In this document: positions 20,882 to 30,467 of the stretch, one piece after another
Numbering within the stretch: position 1 is the first letter of the stretch
Layout: the number at the start of each line of letters is the position of its first letter
NCBI GenBank assembly: GCA_964599455.1
Contig: CAZREA010000001.1
Location: 71,687 to 135,686 of the forward strand
Length of the DNA stretch: 64,000 nucleotides
Source of the DNA: an uncultured Gammaproteobacteria bacterium
Lineage (GTDB): Bacteria; Patescibacteriota; Patescibacteriia; UBA9934
Direction of reading: 5' to 3'
Program-made: the position numbers and the translations under genes
The notes under the pieces: model-generated
What the model saw: only the letters and a program-made list of their open reading frames with translations
Database searches by the model: none
Told to the model about the DNA's origin: nothing

Positions 20882-21343
20882 TTATTTTACCTCAAGAATA
20901 TCGTACGTCATGACGCCTGAGGGAACTGTAGCTTCAACCTTCTCTCCTTTTGCCTTACCGAGAAATGCCTGACCTAAAGGCGAAACGTTACTAATCTTCC
21001 CTTCCATAGGATTAGCCTCATGCGCACCAACGATACTAAAAGTCTTTTCTGTGCCGTTCACACGCACCACAAACGTTGAACCAAGAGAAATTTTACCGCC
21101 GCTTTGTTCATCAACAACTACTGCGGTTAATAACATCTGTTGAAGAGTGGTTACGCGGGTTTCGTTGTGGCCCTGCTGTTCACGTGCTTCGTGATAGGCA
21201 AAATTTTCGGAGAGATCGCCCATTTCACGGGCATCAGAAATTTTGGCAGCGATCTCTGGTCGCAAGGTTTTTAGACGATATTCTAGTTCCTGCTTTAATT
21301 CTTTTAAAGCAGAGGAGGAGAGGTAAGTGATTTGATTTTCCAT
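20882..21343 (-). CDS. greA: Transcription elongation factor GreA
   Basis: GDLSEN.AY..ARE, ISNVSPLG.A.LGK. Confidence 0.96.
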   Translation of the reverse strand: MENQITYLSSSALKELKQELEYRLKTLRPEIAAKISDAREMGDLSENFAYHEAREQQGHNETRVTTLQQMLLTAVVVDEQSGGKISLGSTFVVRVNGTEKTFSIVGAHEANPMEGKISNVSPLGQAFLGKAKGEKVEATVPSGVMTYDILEVK

Positions 21344-21356
21344 ATTTTTTAATCAA

Positions 21357-21388
21357 GAAAACGACGCTCGGCATAGACCAAGCATCGT
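21357..21388 (-). terminator. Intrinsic terminator after mrdA
   Basis: Minus-strand stem ACGATGCTTGG/CCGAGCGTCGT followed by TTTCTT. Confidence 0.55.
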
Positions 21389-21410
21389 GGGGTAAGATTT
21401 ATGCATTAAA

Positions 21411-23324
21411 TCATTCCCTTTCTTGTCCGTCAATATTTCGCTGTCCTTCACCAAAATACCATTGCAAAATATCACGTGCAACCGGAGAAGCAAGACTTGC
21501 ATCACCCCCCTGCTCAATCAACACCGTAATCACCACTTCCGGGTCATCAAATGGCGCAAAACCGGTAAACCACGAATGAGGCGCGGCCGTTTGCGACCAT
21601 TGAGCAGTACCGGTCTTTCCTGCCACGGCAACCGGCACACTTTGCATCATCTGCGCAGAACCCGCAGTCACCGTTTGTCGCATGGCGTCTTGTATAACGC
21701 TTGCAATATCTTCCTCAATAACCCGCTGTGATTGATCAATCTCTTTTTCATATCGCAAATGAGGCACAACCATGAGTCCATTATTGGCAATAGCAGCAAT
21801 TGCTCGCGTGATCTGCAAAGGAGTGACGAGCACATCGCCTTGCCCAATAGAAACGTTGTACGTATCACCGATATACCAAGGCTCGCCTTTGGCAGCGAGT
21901 TTCCATGCTTTCGATGGCAGAAAACCCTCCGCTTCTCCGGGAAGATCAATATCAGACAAAACACCCAGGCCAAACACCCGGGCCCAATCCGTTAATTTTT
22001 CAACTCCTAATCCCACAAAATCACCCGTACCACCACCAATAGCATAAAAGTAGGTGTTCACCGAATCGGCAATCGCATGATAGACATTCGTAATGCCATG
22101 TCCACCCGCTCGCCAATCAGGAAAGAAGCGATCACCAAGCCACAAACCACCCGTCGATAGGAATGTTGTTTGCGGGGTAATAATGCCCTCGGTTAATGCC
22201 GCGGAAGCATACAAAGGCTTGATGGTAGAACCGGAAGGATACTCGCCCGAAATAACTCGATTAAAAAGAGGTGCGTTCGGGTCTTGAATAAGGGCCGTGT
22301 ATGCATCCTGCGAAATTCCTCCAACAAAACTATTTGCATCAAATGCTGGATACGATACAAGTGCCAACACTTCCCCATTTTTCGGATTCATCATGACCAC
22401 TGCGGCACGTTTTACAGGTGCAGCACCTAAACGCTCATTTAACACCCGCTCAATATACGCTTGCAATCGCGCATCAAGAGACAAGGTGAGATCAACTCCA
22501 TCTTGCGGAGCGGTACTTTTGATCGTACGTAAATAACCCCCTCCAGCATCGACTTCCATTTCGGTTACACCTTGGATGCCGCGTAACAATGTTTCATACT
22601 CCTTTTCCAATCCCTGCTTCCCGATATCGTCAAAGGGTCGATAACCTTCACTGCGCATGGCTTCGTATTCGGCATCAGAAATGGAAGAAATGTAGCCAAG
22701 AACATGCGAAAGTGAGGGAATTTCAGTGGTGAGATATGAGCGATCTTCAGCAACTTCAACCCGCACATCAAAAGGGAGATTCTGCTGTGACATGAGTTTC
22801 ATTGCGCATTCATACGAAAGCGTGTCATCAAGCAAAAAAACGTCGTAATCAGCCAGAAGCGCTTGGGCATAGGCATCAGTAAAACGCTGCATATCAAGGC
22901 CACACAAGAATGCGATCTGTGCAAATTGTTCCTGACGAAGATCTGTATTTTGGGAAAATGCACTTTGTTCAGCAAGTAAATGAAATTTGGGAATATTTTC
23001 CGCAAGCACAATACCATTACGATCAAAAATACGACCGCGATGAGCCAAGGTGACAACTTGTCGCAAACGATTGTGCTCGGCAAGTGCACGCAGCTGATTG
23101 CCTTGCAAGATTTGCAACTCGACTGCGCGTCCGAGATAAAAAATACCTACCGCCAAAAAACAACATGTCCCCACCAAAAAACGCGTGCGAGAAAACCACT
23201 GCCCCGCCAAAGAAGATACGGGCTGAGGTGTTTCTTCTGCAGACAAGGGCGAAGCAAAAATATCCTCCTCTTTTTTGAGATCTCCCTTTGGTGTATTGAG
23301 AAAAAATCCGAATAAACGAGACAT
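21411..23324 (-). CDS. mrdA: Penicillin-binding protein 2
   Basis: TM anchor, RGRIFDRNG, GSTIK (SxxK), SVN (SxN), KTGT. Lies in the mreBCD operon. Confidence 0.95.
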   Translation of the reverse strand: MSRLFGFFLNTPKGDLKKEEDIFASPLSAEETPQPVSSLAGQWFSRTRFLVGTCCFLAVGIFYLGRAVELQILQGNQLRALAEHNRLRQVVTLAHRGRIFDRNGIVLAENIPKFHLLAEQSAFSQNTDLRQEQFAQIAFLCGLDMQRFTDAYAQALLADYDVFLLDDTLSYECAMKLMSQQNLPFDVRVEVAEDRSYLTTEIPSLSHVLGYISSISDAEYEAMRSEGYRPFDDIGKQGLEKEYETLLRGIQGVTEMEVDAGGGYLRTIKSTAPQDGVDLTLSLDARLQAYIERVLNERLGAAPVKRAAVVMMNPKNGEVLALVSYPAFDANSFVGGISQDAYTALIQDPNAPLFNRVISGEYPSGSTIKPLYASAALTEGIITPQTTFLSTGGLWLGDRFFPDWRAGGHGITNVYHAIADSVNTYFYAIGGGTGDFVGLGVEKLTDWARVFGLGVLSDIDLPGEAEGFLPSKAWKLAAKGEPWYIGDTYNVSIGQGDVLVTPLQITRAIAAIANNGLMVVPHLRYEKEIDQSQRVIEEDIASVIQDAMRQTVTAGSAQMMQSVPVAVAGKTGTAQWSQTAAPHSWFTGFAPFDDPEVVITVLIEQGGDASLASPVARDILQWYFGEGQRNIDGQERE

Positions 23325-23338
23325 AGGCACATGTTCTC

Positions 23339-23800
23339 TTAACCAATAAGCGATGGTCGTCGACGCCAAAAACGATAAAAGCTATATGCAAGGAGAGCAT
23401 ATGCCGTTATTGACCACAAAAATAATGCGATATTTTGATGAATGGCGGGAAAGGCTGAGGGAAGAAAAAGCAACACAAAAAGCAAGGCTAATGTGCCGAG
23501 ATACGAAGAAAATGCGCGAGAACTTAGGAAACGACGGGCAATGCCGTACCAAAAAAGGGAAAGTGCTGCATGGGTCAAGAAAAAAAGAGCGCTATTATGC
23601 AAAAAGGCAGCGATCACATAAAGAGAGATGAAAAATACCAATGCATGCTCAGAATCGCAGACATAATTTAAAATTGCCCCATACAGCAATGTGAGTAAAC
23701 AGAAAGAAAAAAGAATGGTCGGTACTCCACTAAAGGACCAAAAAAAGCCTCCGATCATACCTCCAAAGCCAATAAGAAGAAGGGGGATGAGTTGTTTCAT
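23339..23800 (-). CDS. mreD: MreD-like multi-TM protein
   Basis: Very hydrophobic, sits between mreC and mrdA, ATGA overlap with mreC. Identified mainly by position. Confidence 0.6.
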   Translation of the reverse strand: MKQLIPLLLIGFGGMIGGFFWSFSGVPTILFSFCLLTLLYGAILNYVCDSEHALVFFISLYVIAAFLHNSALFFLTHAALSLFWYGIARRFLSSRAFSSYLGTLALLFVLLFLPSAFPAIHQNIALFLWSITAYALLAYSFYRFWRRRPSLIG

Positions 23801-24555
23801 AAGGCGAGATTTGCGACTACTTGTCCACTCGACCACATATCAGGATTTACAAGAGGAGAAACACGTGCACGTAAAAAAGGTGAGGCATCTGGGAAAGCAA
23901 TTTCCGTAATGATACCCACGGGAATATCTATTGGCGTCATTCCTCCCAATCCACTCGTAACCAAAACATCTCCTACAATCACATCAGCATCTTTGGGAAG
24001 ATACAGTAAATCAAGCCAAGCTCCAGTAGTCCCCACCGCCAAACCAATCGTTCGTTCTTTGCCAAGAACCATGACCGGTATACGACTTTGTGCATGTGAG
24101 AGCAAGCGCACAACCGCAGTATCTACCTGTACGCTCGTGACAACACCCGCCAGCCCCCCTTGCGTGACAATGGCATCGCCCATTTTTACTGAAAGATTCT
24201 CAGGAATGGAAAGAACAGCACTATGACTGTCGCTCGCATATCCTCGGGCAATAATTGTCGTTTCACCCTGATCTTGCTGAGGAATAACTCTCCCAAGCTG
24301 AGAGCTGAGTTGAGCCTTTTCCCAGGTGCACTGAGCGAATTCTGCTCGTAGTACCTCTTCTCCGGTAAATACATACCGCAGAGCAATGCCCACACGCATT
24401 AAACGTTCACCAATTCCTCCTTCGATATTTCGTAATATTCCTCCTACTATTGGTACTTTGTGCAGGAAAAGAAAAAGAATAGGCACAGCCAACAAGGGCA
24501 GCGAGCGAATGAGACGTGCACGAATGTCGGCAGATAAGCGCGGAATGCGACGCAT
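23797..24555 (-). CDS. mreC: Rod shape-determining protein MreC
   Basis: GLAGVV, VGDVLVTSGLGG..P.DIPVG motifs. Lies after mreB. Confidence 0.9.
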   Translation of the reverse strand: MRRIPRLSADIRARLIRSLPLLAVPILFLFLHKVPIVGGILRNIEGGIGERLMRVGIALRYVFTGEEVLRAEFAQCTWEKAQLSSQLGRVIPQQDQGETTIIARGYASDSHSAVLSIPENLSVKMGDAIVTQGGLAGVVTSVQVDTAVVRLLSHAQSRIPVMVLGKERTIGLAVGTTGAWLDLLYLPKDADVIVGDVLVTSGLGGMTPIDIPVGIITEIAFPDASPFLRARVSPLVNPDMWSSGQVVANLAL

Positions 24556-24561
24556 AACATC

Positions 24562-25611
24562 TTATCGTCGATCGTCTTGTGTAGAAGGTAGCGCAATGGC
24601 TTGAGCAATATCAGGACGGCGTAATAGTTCACCCGCACCGCGAACGCCCGCTGTCATTGGATCATCAATTACCCGAACAGGAATATCGGTTTCGCGCGAA
24701 ATTGTGCGGTCAATGCCGCGCAAAAGCGAGGTGCCACCAACCAGAATAATGCCGCGTTCATAAATATCAGCCACCAACTCGGCGGGTGTTGCCTCAAGGG
24801 TAGCTTTGATGCTTGTCACAATGGTGGAAATATTTTTGTGAATCGCTTCACGAATTTCTGCCTCACGCAACACGATTTGCTTTGGCAAACCGGTAATAAG
24901 ATGTCGGCCACGCACTTCCATTTCAAACGGTGTTCCTGTTTCCATGGTACTTCCCAATCGCCACTTCACTTCTTCGGCAATCTTTTCTCCAATCAACAAA
25001 CTGTACACATCACGAACGTATTGAATAATGTTGCGCGTCATTTCGTCTCCGGCAACCGTGAGCGTTTTAGAAGTTACCACGCCTCCCAAAGAAATAACCG
25101 CAATCTGCGTTACTCCCCCGCCCATATCAACCACCATCGAACCCACACTTTCCATAATCGGTAATCCCGCACCCACACAAGCAGCCAAAGGATTTTCGAT
25201 GAGCGTTACTTCGCGTGCACCCGCGGAAAGTGCCGCGTCTTCGGCGGCTTTGCGTTCAACTTCGGTCGTTTCAAGTGGAACGGTCATCATCATGCGTGGA
25301 CGAGGCAGAGGCGTGGGGATGTCTTCGTGTACTCGATCGATAAAGTAGCGCAACATTTTTTCGGTAACTTCAAAATCAGAAATCACTCCTTTTAACAAAG
25401 GGCGAATCACGGTCATGTGTGCCGGCGTTTTGCCCAGCATATCGCGAGCCGAAGTGCCCACCGCCACAATTGCCTGTAATCGGGTATTAATAGCCACCAT
25501 TGACGGCTCGTGCATGACAATTCCCCGCTCGTGCACAAAGACACGAGTATGCGACGTTCCTAAATCCAACGCAATATCTTGAGAAAAACGACCAAAAAGC
25601 CGATTAAACAT
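24562..25611 (-). CDS. mreB: Rod shape-determining protein MreB
   Basis: IALDLGT, RPL.GVI.DF, VDMGGG, AE.VK, LVGG..LL.G. Confidence 0.96.
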   Translation of the reverse strand: MFNRLFGRFSQDIALDLGTSHTRVFVHERGIVMHEPSMVAINTRLQAIVAVGTSARDMLGKTPAHMTVIRPLLKGVISDFEVTEKMLRYFIDRVHEDIPTPLPRPRMMMTVPLETTEVERKAAEDAALSAGAREVTLIENPLAACVGAGLPIMESVGSMVVDMGGGVTQIAVISLGGVVTSKTLTVAGDEMTRNIIQYVRDVYSLLIGEKIAEEVKWRLGSTMETGTPFEMEVRGRHLITGLPKQIVLREAEIREAIHKNISTIVTSIKATLEATPAELVADIYERGIILVGGTSLLRGIDRTISRETDIPVRVIDDPMTAGVRGAGELLRRPDIAQAIALPSTQDDRR

Positions 25612-25817
25612 ACAATCCTCGCAAAACGTTCTTTTTTACACGCTTTTTACGTTTTTTGCGCGTAGTGATTGAACCATGTAAAGGCCTTTTGGTGAAGTGA
25701 ATTATGCACGGGTAAAAAAGGTAAACATTTGCAAAAGATGTTTTTTTCTGTTATATAAAGCAGTCGATTCTTTTGGGCCGAGGTGGCCTAGAAGCCGACT
25801 TTCCTTCGGAGTTACAC

Positions 25818-26078
25818 ATGCTGGGAGATATCCTCGGTTCTGCGATTCTTCTCATTCTGAAAATCGCGATCGCCGGAAGCTTCTTTTACCACACGTACAA
25901 AGCCGTGGATTTGACCTACACTCCTGATAGGGATCAGAACCTCATCGGAAAGCATCGGTATTTCTCCATTCTCCTCCTCCTCGTCATAATCGTTATTAGC
26001 CAGAACGAGCAACACAAAGAACAGGAGAACAAACGGGATTGCTCCACCGAGGAGATCACGGGGACTCTGCTGAAGTAG
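25818..26078 (+). CDS. Small two-TM hypothetical protein
   Basis: GGAG RBS before ATG 25818, two hydrophobic stretches, downstream hairpin CCTGAAGAC-CCAC-GTCTTCAGG. Confidence 0.5.
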   Translation: MLGDILGSAILLILKIAIAGSFFYHTYKAVDLTYTPDRDQNLIGKHRYFSILLLLVIIVISQNEQHKEQENKRDCSTEEITGTLLK

Positions 26079-26236
26079 TACAGCCTCTCTCGTCGTTCTC
26101 CCGAGCCTCGTCCTGAAGACCCACGTCTTCAGGGCTCATCTCTTCTTGCGATATATTTATCGTAGGTGGAGATGAGATAGAATCTATCTCTCATTCGCAA
26201 CACATCGGGCCTCGCCCAATTCACAAGGAGTACATC

Positions 26237-26653
26237 GTGATACACGTTAATAATGCCTCTCGAAAACTATTCGTCAGATTCCTCTTTCCCGGTACATACG
26301 TCTCCGAGGAGACCGAACGGCAAGTCGATCACGACGATCCCGCACAGGTCGAACTACCACCCGAAGCCTATGGTTTCGAATTCTTCAGCCGTATCCATGC
26401 ATCAGCGATCGAGGACGGCAAAACCGTCGAACTCACAGGAGGAGAACAAGCCCAACCGGGCCTGTACTATCCCGGTGGCAAGATCTACAGCATCGGACAG
26501 ATCGAAGCGACCTTCGGTCACGACAGGGAGTACGATGCGCTCATCGACAACATGCAAACCAACGGCTGGCCGCACGTCGTCCAGACCTGCACTGGTCTGT
26601 GGCGCCGCTTCAGGATGGGTATCGATCACATCGTCCTGAAGACGCCGAGCTGA
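26237..26653 (+). CDS. Hypothetical protein (phage/accessory-like)
   Basis: AAGGAG RBS before a GTG start, C/G-ending codon bias distinct from the flanking genes. Confidence 0.7.
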   Translation: MIHVNNASRKLFVRFLFPGTYVSEETERQVDHDDPAQVELPPEAYGFEFFSRIHASAIEDGKTVELTGGEQAQPGLYYPGGKIYSIGQIEATFGHDREYDALIDNMQTNGWPHVVQTCTGLWRRFRMGIDHIVLKTPS

Positions 26654-26679
26654 GCTCATCATCACCATCTCGCGCGTTC

Positions 26680-26741
26680 CGCGAGCAGAGAGTACCCGTC
26701 TTGTCGGGCCTCTGCCGACGAGACGCGCTCTTTGTTTTGCG
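26680..26741. terminator. Long interrupted hairpin between convergent genes
   Basis: Inner stem CGTCTTGTCGG/CCGACGAGACG, outer stem CGCGAGCAGAGAG/CTCTTTGTTTTGCG. Confidence 0.55.
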
Positions 26742-26754
26742 AAATATATTTCTC

Positions 26755-27159
26755 CTACGAAACACGACGAACTTGTTGTTCTTCCCAAAAAAGAAACAGG
26801 AATTCTAAAATGCCCGCACCTACAATAATAAAAAAGAATGTGAGCGAAGAAAAAATACGTGCATTCACCAACAGCAATGCGCCGATGACGAGACAAGCGA
26901 GTACTATTCCCTGACGAAATGAACGAACAATCACACGCAAAAAAACCGACTCTTCATGCGACTTTACGCGAGCAAGACGAATAACGGTTCCGATAATTGC
27001 GGCTAGACCAAGCACGGAACAAAAAAGCGTAATATAAAATGCAAAAAATCCTGGCAAACCTGCGGTCGCCGGATCGAGCATGTACAACACAATGGCCCAG
27101 GCCGTTAGTGATGCCAGAGTTCCGAGCGAAAGAATAAGGACGTAGTGACGAATGTTCAT
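26755..27159 (-). CDS. Conserved four-TM membrane protein
   Basis: Four hydrophobic helices with LDP, FYITLF and SFRQG motifs. Co-oriented with dciA. Confidence 0.8.
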   Translation of the reverse strand: MNIRHYVLILSLGTLASLTAWAIVLYMLDPATAGLPGFFAFYITLFCSVLGLAAIIGTVIRLARVKSHEESVFLRVIVRSFRQGIVLACLVIGALLLVNARIFSSLTFFFIIVGAGILEFLFLFWEEQQVRRVS

Positions 27160-27167
27160 ACTCTTTC

Positions 27168-27494
27168 CTAAGTATACTCCTTCCAAATCTCTGTTCGTAA
27201 TTGGCATTGCGGATGAACGGTTAGTGCAGGAAAAGCACATTCTAATGCGCGAGCAACATCATGAGCTGTTTTTTGCATAGCATACATGGCAGCAGCATGA
27301 CGACAAGCAAAAAGCAAAGTGCCATCTTTGTAACTCACGATACGCACATCGTTCACAAGTGGCGTATCGGCAGCGATCTCAACAAACAAACGATTTGCTT
27401 CCGCAATTACTCGGGAAGCAGTGAGTTGAGCACCAATGTGATGACGCTTGCTGAAGGAGGACAGCAGGGATGGCAGCGCTTTGGGAGTCTTCAT
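27168..27494 (-). CDS. DciA/DUF721-like protein
   Basis: Size about 108 aa, VRIVSYKDGTLLFAC..AAAMYAM pattern typical of DUF721. Confidence 0.6.
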   Translation of the reverse strand: MKTPKALPSLLSSFSKRHHIGAQLTASRVIAEANRLFVEIAADTPLVNDVRIVSYKDGTLLFACRHAAAMYAMQKTAHDVARALECAFPALTVHPQCQLRTEIWKEYT

Positions 27495-27496
27495 AG

Positions 27497-30466
27497 TTAC
27501 ATTTTTGCTGCCGGACAAATATCTTTAAAATCACAATATTTACAAATTCTCTCATTCGGTGTGGGCGTAAAATCTCCGACGCGAATGTGAGCGATTGTTT
27601 CTCGAATTTCTTCACGCAATTTGTCTTTGTCTTTATCGGTAGGAACAAAAGAAACCGTTGTATTATTTTCTAAATAATAATACGTCAAGGCTTGCACAAG
27701 CATGGGTGGTGCAAAACACTGTTCAGCCGCAAGTGCATAGAGCACTAATTGTCGCTTGTCGTCCCATTCCAATTTTGTTTTTGGACTTCCGGTTTTATAA
27801 TCAATAATTTCCACTCCACCTTCAACGGTATCAATACGATCAATACGACCTTTCACCGCAATATCATCAATTTTTAAATGAAAACTCGCTTCAAGCTTCC
27901 ACGGCTTGGGAATATTTCCTACAAGACGCTCATAAAAATCTTTTAAAGAGGCTCGACCCAAATTTCGATATTCTTCTTTTATCTCCGCCGATGGATACCA
28001 TTCATCAATGAAATGCGCGTCGTAGAGGGTAAGCAATTCTTGCAAAGAAGGTAGCGTGTTGGAAGCCCCAGTTTCACCAAACAACGTTACTTGCACCGCT
28101 TGTTGCGAATGCATAAGTTGTTCGAGATAACGTTGTAAGGTGTTGTGCATGCTTTGCCCAAAAGACAACTGATGTCGGCCAAAGGTAGGAATATGCAAAA
28201 TATGCGCGTACCGATATTGCGCCGGACAAGAAGCAAAGGAAGAGATTTGCGAAAAGCTTAATTGCTTTAACGCCTGCTCAGGCACAGAAAATGGTAATGG
28301 CGTTGTAGGAGTTTTATCAATAAATGATAAAGAGACTGGCTTTTCTTTCTTTTTAGTTGAGGGAGTTGATTCGGCAAGAAAACCCAATTCCTGTAAGAAA
28401 CGAGAAGGTTTGCGCAAGCGACTTCCGCCATAATCATCGGCAGAAAAAAGAAAGAGACCTTCTTTGGCACGCGTCATAGCCACATAAAAAAGTCGACGCT
28501 CTTCCGCAACGTGATCGTCGAGTTCGGGCGCTTCCCTTACAAGACCCGGAGGCAAGGGCAAGGCTTCCGTTCGTGATACGGAAGGAAAACGCTGTTCGAT
28601 CAAATTAACCACAAACACATACCGAAATTCTAAACCTTTTGCCGCATGCACCGTCATCACATGCACCACATCTGGTCCACCTTCGATATCAGCAGCAACT
28701 TGTCCACCCTCACCTGCCTCACGCTCGGCATCAAATTCTTCCAAAAAGGCACGGATATGCTTTTGCTCAGGATTCATTTCTACAAACCGCTTGATGCGTG
28801 CTAAAAATTGTTCGAGTTGCCGATACATTTCCTGCTGCGTTCGCTCATCAAAGAAAGCAACATCCGCCAACAAGCCGCTCTGCTTAAGTGCGGTGACCAA
28901 AAACTCGGTCGCACTTTGCTGTTTGGCAGCGCGGTTCAACGTTTCTAACAATCCTAAAATGGTAAATAAACGATTGCGCCCTTCCATACTTAAACCCATG
29001 GCATCGCTAACGCGCCGCATAGCTTCAAGAAGCGGCATGCCTTTGCGTCGAACGAAAAAGAGGAGCGCCTGTACGTCTTGTTCCGACAGTCCCAAACGTG
29101 GATGCGATAAAACGCGATACCACGCTGGTCCATGATAAGGCTCGACTGCCACGCGCAGATAGGCTAACAGATCGAGAATAAGCGGCTTACTGTAAAGTCC
29201 CGACATGGCCGAAAAACGAAACGGAATACCAAAACGTTCAAACGCCTCTAGAAACGGTTCCGCTGAATCATTTGCTCGCACGAGCAAACAAAAATCTCCC
29301 CAATTCGCCTCGCCCTTCTCGACGAAATCCAAAATCGTCCGCACCGCCGCCTGTACTTCATCGTTTTGCGTTGGCATGTGTATATGCTTCACAAAACCAG
29401 CATGTGGATGATGTGAAAGCAGTGCTTTGGAAATTCCTTCAGCAACTTCTAATCGGTGAGGATTGTTTTTGGTGATGAGCGTATAAGCGGCATCAAGCAC
29501 CTCTTTGGTACTGCGATAATTTTCAACGAGCACGACACGTTTAGCATCAGGAAAATCAGCACGAAATTGTAAAATGTTTGCGAGCGCCGCGCCACGGAAT
29601 TTATAAATCGCCTGGTCATCATCACCCACGACCGTAATATTCCGTTCTTTCCCGGCCAACAGTTTTACCAGCTGATACTGAATACTGTTGGTGTCCTGAA
29701 ATTCATCAACGATAATTTGTTTAAATTGCTCTTGATATTCTTTTAAAATATTTGGTCGCTTTTGAAATAGCTCAAGTACATTGAGAAGTAACCCTCCAAA
29801 ATCCATCGCGCTTTGTTCAGCAAGGAGTTGCTCATAGGTTGCATATGCAGCAGCCAACTCACGCCACTTCAGCATCTCTACCTTTGCTTCATCAGTAAGC
29901 GTTGTGAACGCCTCGGGTGCACCACCAGATTTTTCCGTCAGTATTTCTTCTACCCGCGTTGCATATGCAGAAGGAAAAATTCCTTCATCTTTACAACGAG
30001 AAAAATGTTTCAACAGTTGCTGTAAGAATTTGGTTGGATTGCCTCGTGGACGGAAATATTCAAGCGCAAAACGATCAAGATATCGACGAACCAAGAGCCA
30101 CGTATCAATCTCGTTGAGCAAGCGGAAATCGGGAGATAGACCAATATGTATAGCGTGCATGCGTAAAACCTTTTCACAAAAAGCATGAAAGGTGGAAATA
30201 TGGACATCAACATATCCCATTGGCAACAAACGATCGACACGCTCCTCCATTTCCGTCGCCGCTTTATCGGTAAAGGTGAGGGCAAGAATTTCGTGCGGTA
30301 ACACCTTTTTAGTTGCCAGTAACCAAGCAATACGCCGCGTAATCACCGTGGTCTTCCCCGTTCCGGCACCCGCAATAATCATGAGTGGTCCTTGGGTATG
30401 AGTAACCGCTTCACGTTGCGCGGCATGAAGATCGATCAGTAAATGCTCGGCATCATGATGCTCCAT
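27497..30466 (-). CDS. UvrD/PcrA-family helicase fused to a C-terminal PD-(D/E)xK nuclease with 4-Cys cluster
   Basis: AGAGTGKT, VDEFQD, VGDDDQAIYKFRGA, ENYRS, MTVHAAKGLEF, EERRLFYVAMTRA, then SCP.QY, GRIDRID, IIDYKTG, CKYC.FK.IC. Confidence 0.95.
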   Translation of the reverse strand: MEHHDAEHLLIDLHAAQREAVTHTQGPLMIIAGAGTGKTTVITRRIAWLLATKKVLPHEILALTFTDKAATEMEERVDRLLPMGYVDVHISTFHAFCEKVLRMHAIHIGLSPDFRLLNEIDTWLLVRRYLDRFALEYFRPRGNPTKFLQQLLKHFSRCKDEGIFPSAYATRVEEILTEKSGGAPEAFTTLTDEAKVEMLKWRELAAAYATYEQLLAEQSAMDFGGLLLNVLELFQKRPNILKEYQEQFKQIIVDEFQDTNSIQYQLVKLLAGKERNITVVGDDDQAIYKFRGAALANILQFRADFPDAKRVVLVENYRSTKEVLDAAYTLITKNNPHRLEVAEGISKALLSHHPHAGFVKHIHMPTQNDEVQAAVRTILDFVEKGEANWGDFCLLVRANDSAEPFLEAFERFGIPFRFSAMSGLYSKPLILDLLAYLRVAVEPYHGPAWYRVLSHPRLGLSEQDVQALLFFVRRKGMPLLEAMRRVSDAMGLSMEGRNRLFTILGLLETLNRAAKQQSATEFLVTALKQSGLLADVAFFDERTQQEMYRQLEQFLARIKRFVEMNPEQKHIRAFLEEFDAEREAGEGGQVAADIEGGPDVVHVMTVHAAKGLEFRYVFVVNLIEQRFPSVSRTEALPLPPGLVREAPELDDHVAEERRLFYVAMTRAKEGLFLFSADDYGGSRLRKPSRFLQELGFLAESTPSTKKKEKPVSLSFIDKTPTTPLPFSVPEQALKQLSFSQISSFASCPAQYRYAHILHIPTFGRHQLSFGQSMHNTLQRYLEQLMHSQQAVQVTLFGETGASNTLPSLQELLTLYDAHFIDEWYPSAEIKEEYRNLGRASLKDFYERLVGNIPKPWKLEASFHLKIDDIAVKGRIDRIDTVEGGVEIIDYKTGSPKTKLEWDDKRQLVLYALAAEQCFAPPMLVQALTYYYLENNTTVSFVPTDKDKDKLREEIRETIAHIRVGDFTPTPNERICKYCDFKDICPAAKM

Positions 30467-30467
30467 A

